DNA of 64,000 nt from Hyaloraphidium curvatum SAG 235-1 (GCA_025558095.1 JAIVFI010000044.1:1-64000), one strand, 5' to 3'; shown: positions 11,121 to 22,456, numbered from the stretch's first letter. The notes: a model not told the origin generated them from the letters alone. Numbers and translations: made by a program.

Positions 11121-11313
11121 CGCGCGCGCGCGCTTCGTGATCGATCAGATTCCGGACTCTTCGGACCAGCAGGTCACATTTATCTCGAGGGAGATGGATT
11201 ACACGGCATTTCGTCCCGGGAGCGGTGCTTATCGGATGGCTACGACGCGATTCGATGCGGAATACACAGTGGGACCGATGTCCCGGCGCGCAATTGACGA
11301 CGCGCAACAACCA

Positions 11314-13052
11314 TCACCCGTCCGCGTGGTCCATGTTGGGGTCGATCGATCCGGTGAGCAACTTGTAGACGTAGTGACCGACCTCGAGCTCGTTACCCAT
11401 CCGGCGGAACTCCTCGGCCTCCATTTCGAATGAACTCGTGCAATCCACCATCTCGCCGATCACCTGATGGTCCAGCGGTTGTGGCGGGGCGAAAGAGGCA
11501 GCAAAATCGCGGTTGGGGGCGTTAGGGCGAGCGCCGTACGCGCGGAGGGAGCACCCACGGGATCCCTGTCGAGCTCGCCGAGGAACTTCTGCGCGCCCTG
11601 GTCCTTCCCGAGCTGCACGAACTGGAACTCGGCCGAACCCGGTCCGTAGCGCGACGAGGAGAGGGCGGTCTTGCAGTTCCGGATCACGTCAAAGACCTTG
11701 CGCGGGTTGTTGCCCTCCTCGCCCTCGGGCTGGCCGTCGGTGAGGATGATCACCAAGACGGGCTTGCGGAGCTGGTTGGAGCGGGCGGGGCCGACGATGT
11801 GGGGCTGGATGACGCGGCGGTCGAGGTTCGTGCCGAGGGGTGTCATGCCATTGAATTTGACCTGGTGGGGCAGAAGCGTCGGACAGGGATCCCGGGAAGG
11901 CAGATGGGGGTTCCACGTACTTGGCTGATGGCGCTTTGAACGTCCGCAGTGGTACGAATGCCGTCCCTCTCGATGTTGCTGTTGAAAAAGCGCTGGCCGG
12001 GCACGAGATCAGCTGGGGATTAACTCTGACCGATCAGCTCCGCCCACCAGGCTGATCCCGTCGTCATCATAGACCGTCACAATGTTGGCGATGATGTTGA
12101 CCAGGACGTTGAGGTCGTCCTTCCTGCCGTCCTGCGGATTGTAGTACTCCATCGAACCGGAGTCGTCGACGTAGAGGACGACGTCGTCTGTTGGTGATCG
12201 AGTGAGCATCGAGGCCTAGCCAACGGGGCGGTCACACCCACAGAGACCGACCGCGGCGAAGACCGCGACGTCATCCATGGACTGGATGTCCCCCGAGAGC
12301 CCCGGGATCCCGAACGCGGACTCGATCTTGGGGGCGGCCTGCCCGAGCCTGGCCGCCATCTCGCCGGCCATCTGCTGGAGCTTGTAATCGTCGTAGAAGC
12401 ACTGCAGCTGGTTGGCGGCGACGATGCGGCGCAGGTTGGTGATCAGGTCGCCGCCTAGCGGAGCAGACTGATCAGTTTCGAGGCGCACGGGATACCCAAG
12501 TAACGTAACCCACGGTACGGCCCGGTATAGCGCGCGTGTTGGTGCGACTGGTAGGGATCGACGTAGGGCGCAGGCGCGTACTGCTGCTGAGGAGGCTGGG
12601 GTGCTGGTTGATCAGGTTGATCAGCGTGATCAGCGACGCGTATGGCCGAAAAGAGGGCCCCGGGTCCCACCAGGAGCTACCATGCCTCCGTGGTACGACT
12701 GCTGCGGGTGGCTCGCGGGGTACTGGCTGGGGTACGAGTTGGGCGCGTAGGATTGCGGCGGCGGGGGCGCGGGCATGGGCGGCGGGGGCGCGACGGGCTG
12801 AGCGTACTGGACCGGGGGCGGCGGCGGCATGGCAATCGGCTGCGGCTGAGCAACCGCGGTGTAGGGCGGGGGAGGGGCCGGCATCGGGGCGCCGGCGACG
12901 GGGGGCGCGTTGGAGTAATTGTCGACTGTGACCGTCTTCTTCTTGAAGATGCCCAGATTCAGCGACGACGAGGACGCCTTATGCTGGTTCGCCGTAATGG
13001 TACCGGTCGACGCCGGGCCGGCGGCCGCGTTCAGCTTGCTTGCCAGACCCAT
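11314..13052 (-). CDS. von Willebrand factor A domain protein, copy 2 (multi-exon, longer Pro/Gln/Tyr-rich N-terminus)
   Basis: Starts MGLASKL. VLYVDDSGSM, MTPLGTNL, ILTDGQP; ends YKLLTGSIDPNMDHADG*. Intron positions in the vWA domain match copy 1. Confidence 0.88.
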
Positions 13053-13618
13053 CTGTGGAAGGGGGTCAGGGGAGGTAGGGCCGCGGGGGCCCAGGGCCGC
13101 GCACCGTGAGAATGAAATTGCCGCGAGTTACGGAGATCAAAGTGCGCTTTCTTGCGCGTCTGGCGAGTAGGACAGGCTCGCTGAAGACTGCCGTTGGAGT
13201 TGCGCCGCCTGGTTGCGAAATCAGTCAGTCACGGAGGACATCACCAGCCCAGGTCAGTCAATCAAACGAATCGATCATGCGTGAACGAGGATCGAGCTCG
13301 TCGATGGCAAGCAATTTGTCTCCTTCTCGATGCTAATCGATGCTGGTTGGCCGTTTGATGGAGGGGGCCGCGTAGGGGGGCTAATCGGCGGATCCCGTCG
13401 GAAGCCGCGCAAGACCGGTCCGGGGCGAATCGCGGCCCGGAACAAGGACGTCGCTTGGCCGATCTGATACTGCGGAGCTCTTAGCGTGCAGATGGAACCA
13501 AGTGTCGGGAGGAACGAAGGATGGGAGGCAGTTGGGGCGCCGGTCCCATGTCTCCCAGCACCACTTGGCGAGAACGGACGGAATCACTGCCCGGGTCGCA
13601 GACTACCTCTCCGCCAGA

Positions 13619-14467
13619 ATGGATCCTCGCCGCTCGGAAATGCTCGATCATGCCGTGAACGCCGCAGCCGAGGAGCCGGACGCGATGCCCACCGCGGCGG
13701 AGGACGCGTTGCCCGACACCTCAGCCGTCGCGCCGCCCGTGCCCCGTCTTCCCCCGGAGCTCTCGAGGCTCGTTTTCGACGCCGTCGTGGAAACATCGTC
13801 GTGGAGGGCTGTCGTGCGTCATTCCACCCTCTCACGGCCGCGCTGCCGCTCCTCGTGCCGCGCCGGGCCTCGCTCAACAAGGATAGGGTCGGCCTGTTCC
13901 GGCGAACCCGGACCTTTTGGGCTTCATCGAGGAGCTCTGGCTCGGTGGCCCGGGCAATTCGATACGAAGGACCTCCGCGACGTGCTCGGGGCGCCCTTTG
14001 GCCAGCTGAGCCTTGAGCTACGGTTGGGTCGTTCGATAAGCCCGCTAGTGCGCGAGGCCTTCTCCGGTGCCGGTTTCGTCAGGAAACCGCACCCGCGTCT
14101 GGGACTTCGGAGGCTCGCCCTTGCCAGCCGCCAGAGAGACTGGTCGGCGGTGATGGTCCCGCCGTGGTGGACGCCCTTCTGCGACGGGGATCGCGGTGCG
14201 GAGGAGCTGAAGCTCGGCTCCCCGCTCAGATCGCTGCTCGGCTGGGGTGTGCCACGCGTGAGCAGCCTGAGGCTCAGAAGCGGCAATCTCCGGATCCCGA
14301 GCGAGGCCCTGGCCACCCTGGAAAGGGATGTTCGGAGCTGCATCGGGACCGTGTACATAAGGGACGGATCCTGGCGGAAAACGGTTGACGCGAAAGAGCT
14401 GGAAATGTGGAGGAGGATCGGGGCGAAGTTGCTTTCGGAAAATCCCAGCCTTGTTTCGACCCTGTAG
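13619..14467 (+). pseudogene. Degenerate F-box/LRR-like gene, paralog of 20566-21645
   Basis: MDPRRS...PDTSAVAPPVPRLPPELSRLVF. Homology to the paralog moves into another frame (AALPLLVPRRASLNKDRVGLFR) and back, and a large internal block is missing. Confidence 0.75.
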
Positions 14468-14555
14468 CAGAGCACTGCACTGACTGACATCCGTTCCAAT
14501 GTCCTTGCTGTGGCAAAACACGAGGTCCTTCGTCGGTCCGGCCCGATAAGCCGGC

Positions 14556-15128
14556 CTAGAGCTCGCCCCTCTTGCGCATCTCCTCCGCGTCCCTCTCCAG
14601 CTTCGCGGGCGGGGTTCTAGCGGCTTCCAGCGCCCTCTCCCTCGCCACCTGCGCGGCCTGTCGCGCGCACGACACGGCGTTTCGCGCCCCGGCTTTGTCC
14701 TCTTTGGCCGTGCCGACCAGGTTGTCCGCCGGCCTCCAGGCGCCGAGCTTCGTCCGCGTCCACGGCACGGGCCACGACGTCCGCGAGACGGAGCCGTACC
14801 CGTTCAGATCCGTCGTCTTGCCGTCAAAGTGCCCCTCGCGGACGATCTCGTGCGGCAGCAGGCCGAAGAAGAAACGGCCGCGGGTGCGGTACACGCCGCA
14901 GCCGAAGAACCGGTTCTCCCTGAACTGGCCCTCGTACGTGCTGCCGTCCTTCCACACGAGCACGCCGTGGCCGTGGCGCTTGCGCAGCGCGTCGGTCTCG
15001 CCGGCGTAGCGGCCGCCGTCCTTGTAGGACCACACGCCGAGCGAGCGCGCCTCCGCCGCCGCGGGGAGTGCGAGGGCGAGTCCGAGGATAACAGCGAGGA
15101 ACGCGGCGGAGGCGGCCGTCGATGGCAT
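14556..15128 (-). CDS. Signal-peptide-bearing MORN-repeat protein
   Basis: Signal MPSTAASAAFLAVILGLALALPAAAEA, followed by MORN repeats YKDGGRYAGE..KRHGHGVLVWKDGSTYEGQFRENRFFGCGVY. Confidence 0.8.
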   Translation of the reverse strand: MPSTAASAAFLAVILGLALALPAAAEARSLGVWSYKDGGRYAGETDALRKRHGHGVLVWKDGSTYEGQFRENRFFGCGVYRTRGRFFFGLLPHEIVREGHFDGKTTDLNGYGSVSRTSWPVPWTRTKLGAWRPADNLVGTAKEDKAGARNAVSCARQAAQVARERALEAARTPPAKLERDAEEMRKRGEL

Positions 15129-15344
15129 GGCGACTGGCGCGTGCGCGGTCGAGTTTGTTTTGTCTCCCCCGCCAAATCCCTTCGCCCATCCCGCTTCGGC
15201 CGCGGGAGAGTGTTGCGACAAGCTCGTGATGTGATCCTCGATGGTCTAAGTAGTGCAAGATAGCCGTATATTTGCGACCTGAATCGAATAGAGGGGATCC
15301 AAAAAGCCTGGCATTGTCAGAAATCCTCGGTTCGCCATGACGCC

Positions 15345-15600
15345 TCAGCGGATCTTCCGCTCCAGCACCCGGAACTCATCGCCGAAAACGACGCTCTCCT
15401 CGGGCAGCGCTTTCTCCGCATCCTCCTTGCTCGCAAACACGCCGGCGATCTCGTCGTGGGCGCTCCAACAGTCCCAGAAGTTCTGGGCAACGCAGACGGT
15501 GCCCGCTCTCGGCGCCGGCGGGCGCGGCGGAAAGCTCGGCGGCGGCTTCGGCGTCGAACTCGAACTGCAGCCGGCTGGCAAGGTCCTCGTCGGAAGCCAT
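15345..15600 (-). pseudogene. Internally deleted copy of the 21773-22456 gene
   Basis: MASDEDLASRLQFEFDAEAAAELSAAPAGA is joined out of frame to TVCVAQ...DEIAGVFASKEDAEKAL...ERKIR; the middle is absent. Confidence 0.8.
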
Positions 15601-16177
15601 GGCGGTAGATTTGGCGGGTTGTGTTGTGGGGGAAAGGAATGGCGGTGCGATGATGTGCCGGTTGCTTGCGAACAACCCCGATGCCGACCGACGAGGCACC
15701 AGAGCTCAAGCGCGCCACCTCCAGCTGGGTCGGACAGCGTTTATTTACGCGCGCCGAAGGCCCTAATTGGCCTCCCTGATGGCGTCGATGGGGATTCCTT
15801 TCTGGAGGCGCTTTCGGACTCCCGCTCGAACCTGCACCCTTTGGACGCGGATCCCCCAGAAAACCACAAGAATCGTACCTTGCTTAACTAAGAATACCTT
15901 TGTTGGTTAGGTCGCTCTCTTGTACCTGCGGGCCTGGCAGCACTTGCGTTGGCGGTTCAACCGATCCAGCTTCTCATCGACTGATTGACGGAGGATCGGC
16001 ACCGGCGCTCGCAATCTCCGACCATAGACTCTCTTCCGACTTGCATTCCGCAGCTTTTGGGGAGCTTTGGGAATGCTGTGCATCGAATGCTGTTTGGCTC
16101 CTCGGCGCCGCGTGGCCTCGGGGTGGGCGCAACGGCACCCAACGGCCGCTCAGCCCCACTTTTCCGCCCCGTCCGCG

Positions 16178-18971
16178 ATGGACGCCTCTCCGCCGCCGGG
16201 CGGCGACGCGGTGCAGTGGACGGCGACCACGGACTATGCGCCGCGCACCGAGTCGCTGCTGCGGGCGCCGACGGCCGACGTGCCTTTCCCGCCGCGCGCC
16301 GTGCCTGCCGCGCTCGAGACGGCCGACGATGCGGTTATCGCCGCGCTGCTGCAGCACGAGGAGGAGCTCGAGTACGCGCGGCGGCACGCGGCGATGGCGG
16401 GGGCCGCGCTGCCCCCGGCGCCCGCAAAGGCCCCGGTGCCCGTGCCGTTGCGGACGCTGACGGCCACGCCGATTTCCACGGCCTCGTCGGCCTCGGGGGC
16501 CACCACTCTCTACTCGTCCTCCTCATTCTCGGTCCCGGTGGCGGAGCCCCTGGACCCGGACACGTACAAGGCGGCGCTGGCCGCCTCGGGCCTGCCGCCC
16601 CCGAAGCCTGTCGTGGAGGTTCCCCTGGAACGTCCCAAGTCGCCCTGGTACCGGTCGCCCTGGTTCATCTGCATCCTGATCGTCCTACTCGGCGCCGCCA
16701 TCATCACCATCGTCGCCCTCATCACCCAGGGCGTGATCCAAGTGATTCCGCCCCCACCGCGCGTGCCCCCTGTCTGGATCGACTGGTACAACGCCACGGC
16801 CCCCATGGCCGCGCCCGGCTGCCCGCCCAAGGTGCAGGACCCGGCGCTGCAGCCCAGCTACGCACGGTTCCCGATCGCCATGCCGCGGCAGCCGGACCCG
16901 TCGGTGCAGCAGACGATCCACCTGAACAGGCAGTACGGGCTCGACGAGACCGCGGCGGACAATTTCCCAGCGTTCCAGAGGGCGCTGTCGGACTGCCGCA
17001 ACGTGGAGCCGTGGAGAGGCTGCAGGCTGATTATGGACAAGGGGGTGTACCGCTTCGCGAGCGAGCGTGTGCTCTACGGCGATCGGTGAGCCCGAACGTG
17101 TCCGGCCCGTCTGCCCTTGAATGACCTCTTTCTTTGTGCAGGCTAACCAACCTGACCATCGAAGGCAACTCGTCCACCTTCCTCTTCTCCCGGCGCAACG
17201 TCTTTTCGCGCCTCCTCGCCTTCTCCGCCTCGCGCAGCATGCGCCTCGCCGATTTCTCCATAGACTGGGACTGGAGCGTCTGGCGCCTGGCCTCGCTGGT
17301 GCAGATCGACTCTGTCGGCGCGCCGCCCTCGGGCACCGACGGCGCGCAGCAGCTCCGCATGCGCTTCCTCGACCACCCCTTCCTGGACCTCTCGACGATC
17401 CGCGCCTTTGTCGACATGCACGGGGTCGACCCGCAGACCCTGACCATGGGCGTGCGGACGCGGAGCAGGGGCGGGCAGTACTGGCAGATCCCCGTGCGCT
17501 CGGCCGAGGTGCTCTACGACCGCGAGAGGGGGACCAACAACACGGTCGTGCTGACCCTCTCGCGGGCGCTGGCGCCGGCGCCCGACGTGGGCGGGCTGTA
17601 CATGATCCGGCACTTCACCTACGAGGGCCACGCGCTGCAGTTTGCGGACTGCGAGGAGGTGCACGTGGACCGCGTGAACGTGTTTGGTGCGCCCGGGATG
17701 GCCCTGGCCGTGCACCACGGGAGCGCAAACGTCCGCGTGACAAACTTCACCGTCGGCATCCTCGCCAACGCGACCGTGGACCGCATCACGCGGATCGTCA
17801 ACACCACCGTGCCGGACTTTTACAACGTCACGCACCTGCCCACCAGCAACTTCACCCTCTCGCTCTCCAACGGGACCAATTTCACCGTGCAGCACCTCGT
17901 CCTCCCCGCGCTGCAGCGGAGGATCAGCACCACCGTCGACGGCCTCAACTTCCTCGGCACCTCGGGGCTCATCCACGTCGAGGATTCGGAGATCGGGTTC
18001 CAGGGCGACGACTGCGCCAACGTCAACCAGCCCGTCGTGCTGGGCATAAGCCGGGAATCCGAGTCCGACGCGGGGAGCACGCTCGTGCTCAGGGACTGGC
18101 AGGAGCTGCGGATGGGCGGGTACGCGCAGGGGGACGTGCTCGAGTTCCGGAACCCCGATTTCTCGCCGACGGGGGTGGAGAGGCGGATCACGAGGGTGCT
18201 GGGGTGGAGGCAGGGCGCGGGGTGGGTGGTCGGGATCGAGGGGAGGCTGCCGACCAAGGGGAGCTACACCGGACCGGACGGGGAGGGGTGGACGGGGGAC
18301 GACGACGATATGATCGTCTTCAAGTGGGTATGTCGCGCCGGGTCTGCAGCTCGGTGCTCACCGACTCCGGCATCCACAGCCTCAAGTACAACGCCACGTC
18401 CTACATCCTCTTCCGCCGCCTGCACTGCCACTCGAACCGCTCCCGCGGCATCCTCTTCCAGGCCGCCGCCGGCGACATCGAGTACTCGTGCTTCACCAAC
18501 ATCCAGAAGCGCGCCCTGAGCGTGACGGCCGAGGTGCAGGCCGGCTCCTGGGCCGAGGGCATGGGCGTGCGCGACTTTGTCTTTGCGCGGAACGAGGTCC
18601 GCAGGTGCGACAAGCTGGACGATTATCTCGGCGCGGCCTGGACGGGGGTGCAGAAGCCGGACGGGTCGAGCTCGGCGTACCCGCTCCTGCGCGGCATCCG
18701 CATCCTCAACAACACCTTTGCCGAGTTCCCCAGGCGGAGCGTGTTCGTCGAGTCGGCGCAGGACGTGGTGGTCTCGGGCAACGTGTTTTCCAACGCGGCG
18801 CCGGACGAGCCGCAGAACCCCGAGCGCGGGCAGCTGGCGGTTGGCAACGCGAGGGACGTCGTCGTGGCCGGCAACACGTGGACCAACGGGCAGTACACGA
18901 CGAGGGAGCTGTTGAGGGTCGACGCGGGCACGACGCGCAACGTGACGGGCAGCGCAAACGCGCTGGTTTGA
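16178..18971 (+). CDS. Type II membrane-anchored right-handed beta-helix glycosidase, GH110 (alpha-galactosidase)-like
   Basis: TM helix WFICILIVLLGAAIITIVALI; DNFPAFQRAL..C, KGVYRF, NLTIEGNSS, ISTTVDGLNF..EDSEIGFQGDDCANV. Introns 17086-17141 and 18324-18379. Confidence 0.75.
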
Positions 18972-19114
18972 AGGGTCGTGGGACATGGGAGGAGAGCGTA
19001 CATATTGGCCGCCGCCTGGGCCGGTGACTTATACCTTGACATCAGTTGTTCATCTTACGGCATACCTCGATAGACGCGCCCGCGTGGCGCTGCACTCCAC
19101 GGATCGCTCCCGGA

Positions 19115-20321
19115 TCAGCTGCTCCCCGCGGTCGCCTCGCCCGAGCTCTGGACGGCCTTGTGGGCCAGCAGGGACTGCACAAGCGCTGCGACGGCGGCGC
19201 CCGAAAGGTCCGCGATCCAGTAGACTGTGGGGAAGGTCCGCTAGTGAGACGAGCTTTGACGCCCGGCTTCCCGTGCGAGCACTCACGCCACTGGTATTCC
19301 CACCTCCCCGAAACTAGCGCCGGCCCGAACGCCCGCGCCGGGTTGAACACCCCGCCGCTCGAGCTCCCGCCCATGAGGCACAGCGCCCCTAGGCACAGCC
19401 CGATGGCGATCGGCGCGAAGCCTGCCTTGGAGTTGCCCGTGGTGGCGTAGATGGTCAGGTTCCGGCCGACGCTCTGGTCCAGAGGGGCCGAGGGGGCAAA
19501 GGCGATCCGGTTGGTGGTGTCTACGGTGTCGAGGGCGGTGGCGAAGACGGTGTAGGCGAGGATGCCGGAGAGGGTGAGCTCCATGAGGAAGGCGTTGAAG
19601 GGGTTGCTGCCGGGGGGCACCGAGACCACGGCCAGCTGGGCGGCGGTGGGGGCGCCGGCGACGACGGGGGCGGGGAAGACGACGCGGAGCCAGAGGGTCG
19701 CGCCGACCGAGGCCAGGAGCTGGACAAAGATGTAGGCCAGCCCCTTCTTGACCGAGGTCTTGCCCGTCACCATCGTCGCGAACGTGACCTGATTCGAGCA
19801 CCAATCAGCCGGATGATTGCGGCTGTAGCCCACGACGTCGCACCAGAGGGTTGAAGTGCGCCCCCGAGACGTCCGCAAAGGCGTAAACCAGGGCGACCCC
19901 GACGAACCCGGTCACGATGGCGGGAAGCACGGCCTCCCCGTTCCCGGATCTCATGGAATTCACTCCCGCGCTCATCACCGAGAAGAGGAAAAAGAAGGTG
20001 ACGAGGAACTCGCCAGCGACCGCTTTGACGAGCTGCGCGCGGCAAGCCGGAGCGTGAGCTCGGCCACGCGCCGCTGCGCCGGCCTCTTTCGAGGTCCTGC
20101 GCTGAAGAACCTACCACTTTGCGCTTCTCATTCATCTCGAAGTTGGCCGGGTCTGTCTTTGCCCCGCCGAACCAGCTCCGCGCCTCCGACTCGGGCGCGC
20201 CGCCGGCCGCTCCGCCGTCCCCTTCCCGCACAGCCTGGAACCCCGACCGCCCCACCGGCGTCGGCTGCATTTCAAGAATGGCCCCGCTGGGCAGCTTGGC
20301 GTATGGCTGCGGGGCGGACAT
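19115..20321 (-). CDS. Aquaporin (MIP family), copy 1, multi-exon
   Basis: LASSSSPSFSS region reads GEFLVTFFFLF in frame; ADVSGAHFNPL|VTF, FLMELTLSGIL, GGVFNPARAFGPA, YWIADLSGAAVAA. Confidence 0.9.
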
Positions 20322-20565
20322 CGCGATGCCGGTGGGAGAATTGCGAGGTTTGCCGCGCGGCCCGGGCGGAGTTTCGGCGGCGCGGCAACCCCGCGCAGCC
20401 CTACCGGCGCGAAGGGAAAGTGATGCAAAATGCGGCAATCATTTCATGCAGCGAGACCTTAATCCACCACAAACGCCGAAAGGAAGCCACGGGTGGGTTG
20501 CCCGAAATCATCTTCGCGCCGAGTCTGCCCCACATCTCCAGAACCTCCCGGGGCGCAAGCTTCCT

Positions 20566-21645
20566 CTAGTACCCGTTCCTCAGGTACAAGGTGCCAACGC
20601 GGCTCCGAACCTGCTGTTCCGCGGTCGGCAGGACGTCGAGGGGAAACCGAAGCCTGGCATTCTGGAGCCGCAGAGTCTCCACGCGCGGCACGCCCGAGCC
20701 CACAAGAGATCCGATCATGGAGCCAAGTTCCAGTTCCTTCATCGCCCCCTCCGCTTCGCAGAATCGCTCCCACCATGATGGAACGATCGCAGGCGACCAC
20801 TCGTCCGCGTCGCTGAAGAGGGAGAGCTTCTGCATGTTCAGCCGCGGATGCGTCGCGAAGGCTGCGGGCACCTGCGCAATGTTCACTTGGAGCTCCCTGA
20901 CGACGCCGACGACGTTCGGAAAGCTCTCCGCCATGCGTGAGAGCAAAGGCTCGGCGTCGGCACGGGTGCTTAGCCAAAGATCCAGCGCACGGAGGTTGTG
21001 GCAGGCATCAATCGCGGGTAGAATATAGTCTGGCACGCGAAACCGCAAGCTATGGCTCCCAAAGTGAAGAAACATCTCCTCCGTCGCCAGCGGGAAGCCG
21101 ACTTCGGCGAGCTCTGCGCCGGACTCGGCGTAGCTCCAGTCCACGCTGAGCTTTTTCACGTACTCCGCACCGGCAAAGGCAGGGCGCACTTGAGCGCTCA
21201 TGGTGCCGAAAAGCCTCATTTCCAAGTGGAGCGGGCCGAAAGGCGCAGAGAGTACGTCGCACAGATCTTTGGGCCTGATACCGCCCGGACCACCGAGCCA
21301 GATCCCCGTGATCAAGTTCAACAGGTCAAGATTTGCCATAATCGGCCGAAAGAGGCGGATCCTGTTTCCGATGAGCCAAGCACGCCGCGGCAGGATGACC
21401 GGCATTGCAGCCCCGCGGATCTCGCACGAGAGCGTCGACAGGGGCAGTAGCGCATTCCACAACCAAGCGGCCTTGACGTCATCGAAAACGAAGCTGAAAA
21501 TGAGGCTCCAGAGCTCCGGTGGAAGACGCGGAATCGGCCGCGTGACCGCTGACGTGTCGGGCACTGCGACAGGCATCGCGCCCGGCAAGTCGGATGCGGC
21601 TCCGACCGCGTGAGCAAGCCCCCGTTTGGAGCGGCGAGGAGCCAT
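20566..21645 (-). CDS. F-box/LRR-like protein of the lineage-expanded family; C-terminus cut by a premature TAG
   Basis: PIPRLPPELWSLIFSF F-box-like motif and LxxLxL repeats. Homology to the 13619 copy continues about 30 codons past the TAG. Confidence 0.7.
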   Translation of the reverse strand: MAPRRSKRGLAHAVGAASDLPGAMPVAVPDTSAVTRPIPRLPPELWSLIFSFVFDDVKAAWLWNALLPLSTLSCEIRGAAMPVILPRRAWLIGNRIRLFRPIMANLDLLNLITGIWLGGPGGIRPKDLCDVLSAPFGPLHLEMRLFGTMSAQVRPAFAGAEYVKKLSVDWSYAESGAELAEVGFPLATEEMFLHFGSHSLRFRVPDYILPAIDACHNLRALDLWLSTRADAEPLLSRMAESFPNVVGVVRELQVNIAQVPAAFATHPRLNMQKLSLFSDADEWSPAIVPSWWERFCEAEGAMKELELGSMIGSLVGSGVPRVETLRLQNARLRFPLDVLPTAEQQVRSRVGTLYLRNGY

Positions 21646-21772
21646 CAGTGCTTCCGAGAGGAGGGTTCAGGAGACCAGGAGAGGCAGCGAAGTCTTCGCG
21701 TCCAAACAACCGCCACCTCATCACCCCCACGCGACGTTCTTTGCCACCCGCAAGACCACAAAACACACCGTC

Positions 21773-22456
21773 ATGGCCTCCGACGAGGACCTCGCGCGCC
21801 AGCTGCAGTCCGAGTTCGACGCCGAGGCCGCCGCCGAGCTGTCGGCCGCCCCCGCCGGCGCTGACACCGCCGACACCGTCGTGATCCCCGACACGGACTC
21901 AGAGGGCGGGGAAGCCGAGGCCAGGGGCGGCAAGCGCGGGTCGTTGGGCAAGGCGGCGGGCGGACGGGAGGAGAAGAAGACCAAGGCCGGCGCGGGAACG
22001 TCCTCCGGGAGGGCGGAAGCCACCTCGGGCGCACCCGTCAAGACCGTCTTCATCCCCGTGCAATCCAACGAGGAGAGCTACCAGGTCATGGGCGTCTACG
22101 CGAGCAAGGAAGCTGCCGCCAAGGCCCTGCGCAAGGAGATGGTCCCGCTGCTCGAGGAGCAGCCCTGGGGAGGCGGCGGCCCGCCTCCCCCGCCGGCGTC
22201 GCAGGATCTCGAGCGGGAGCCATTCTACCTCGACGATCCCATGCTGTTCTTTGGGATCTTCCGCAAGGCTGTGCAGGGGGACGTGGTCGTGGGGGGGACG
22301 GTCTACGTGGCGCAGAGGGTCGGCGGGGAGTCGTGGAGCGACGGGGACGAGATCGCGGGGGTGTGCGCGGCCAAGGAGGATGCGGAGAAGGCGTTGCGCA
22401 AGAAGAAGAACCCGTACGACGAGGGCGAGGTCTTTGAGGAGAAGATCCGCGGATGA
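21773..22456 (+). CDS. Hypothetical protein with N-terminal ubiquitin-binding-like helix (SDEDLARQLQSEF) and a duplicated GVxAxKExAxKAL motif
   Basis: Intronless, GC3-rich ORF; divergent from the F-box gene across a 127-bp gap. Confidence 0.75.
   Translation: MASDEDLARQLQSEFDAEAAAELSAAPAGADTADTVVIPDTDSEGGEAEARGGKRGSLGKAAGGREEKKTKAGAGTSSGRAEATSGAPVKTVFIPVQSNEESYQVMGVYASKEAAAKALRKEMVPLLEEQPWGGGGPPPPPASQDLEREPFYLDDPMLFFGIFRKAVQGDVVVGGTVYVAQRVGGESWSDGDEIAGVCAAKEDAEKALRKKKNPYDEGEVFEEKIRG

Noticed and set aside
10520-12635. Clusters of TGATCA/GATCAG palindromes in vWA introns
   Set aside because: Largely explained by CTGAY branch-point sequences on the minus strand.
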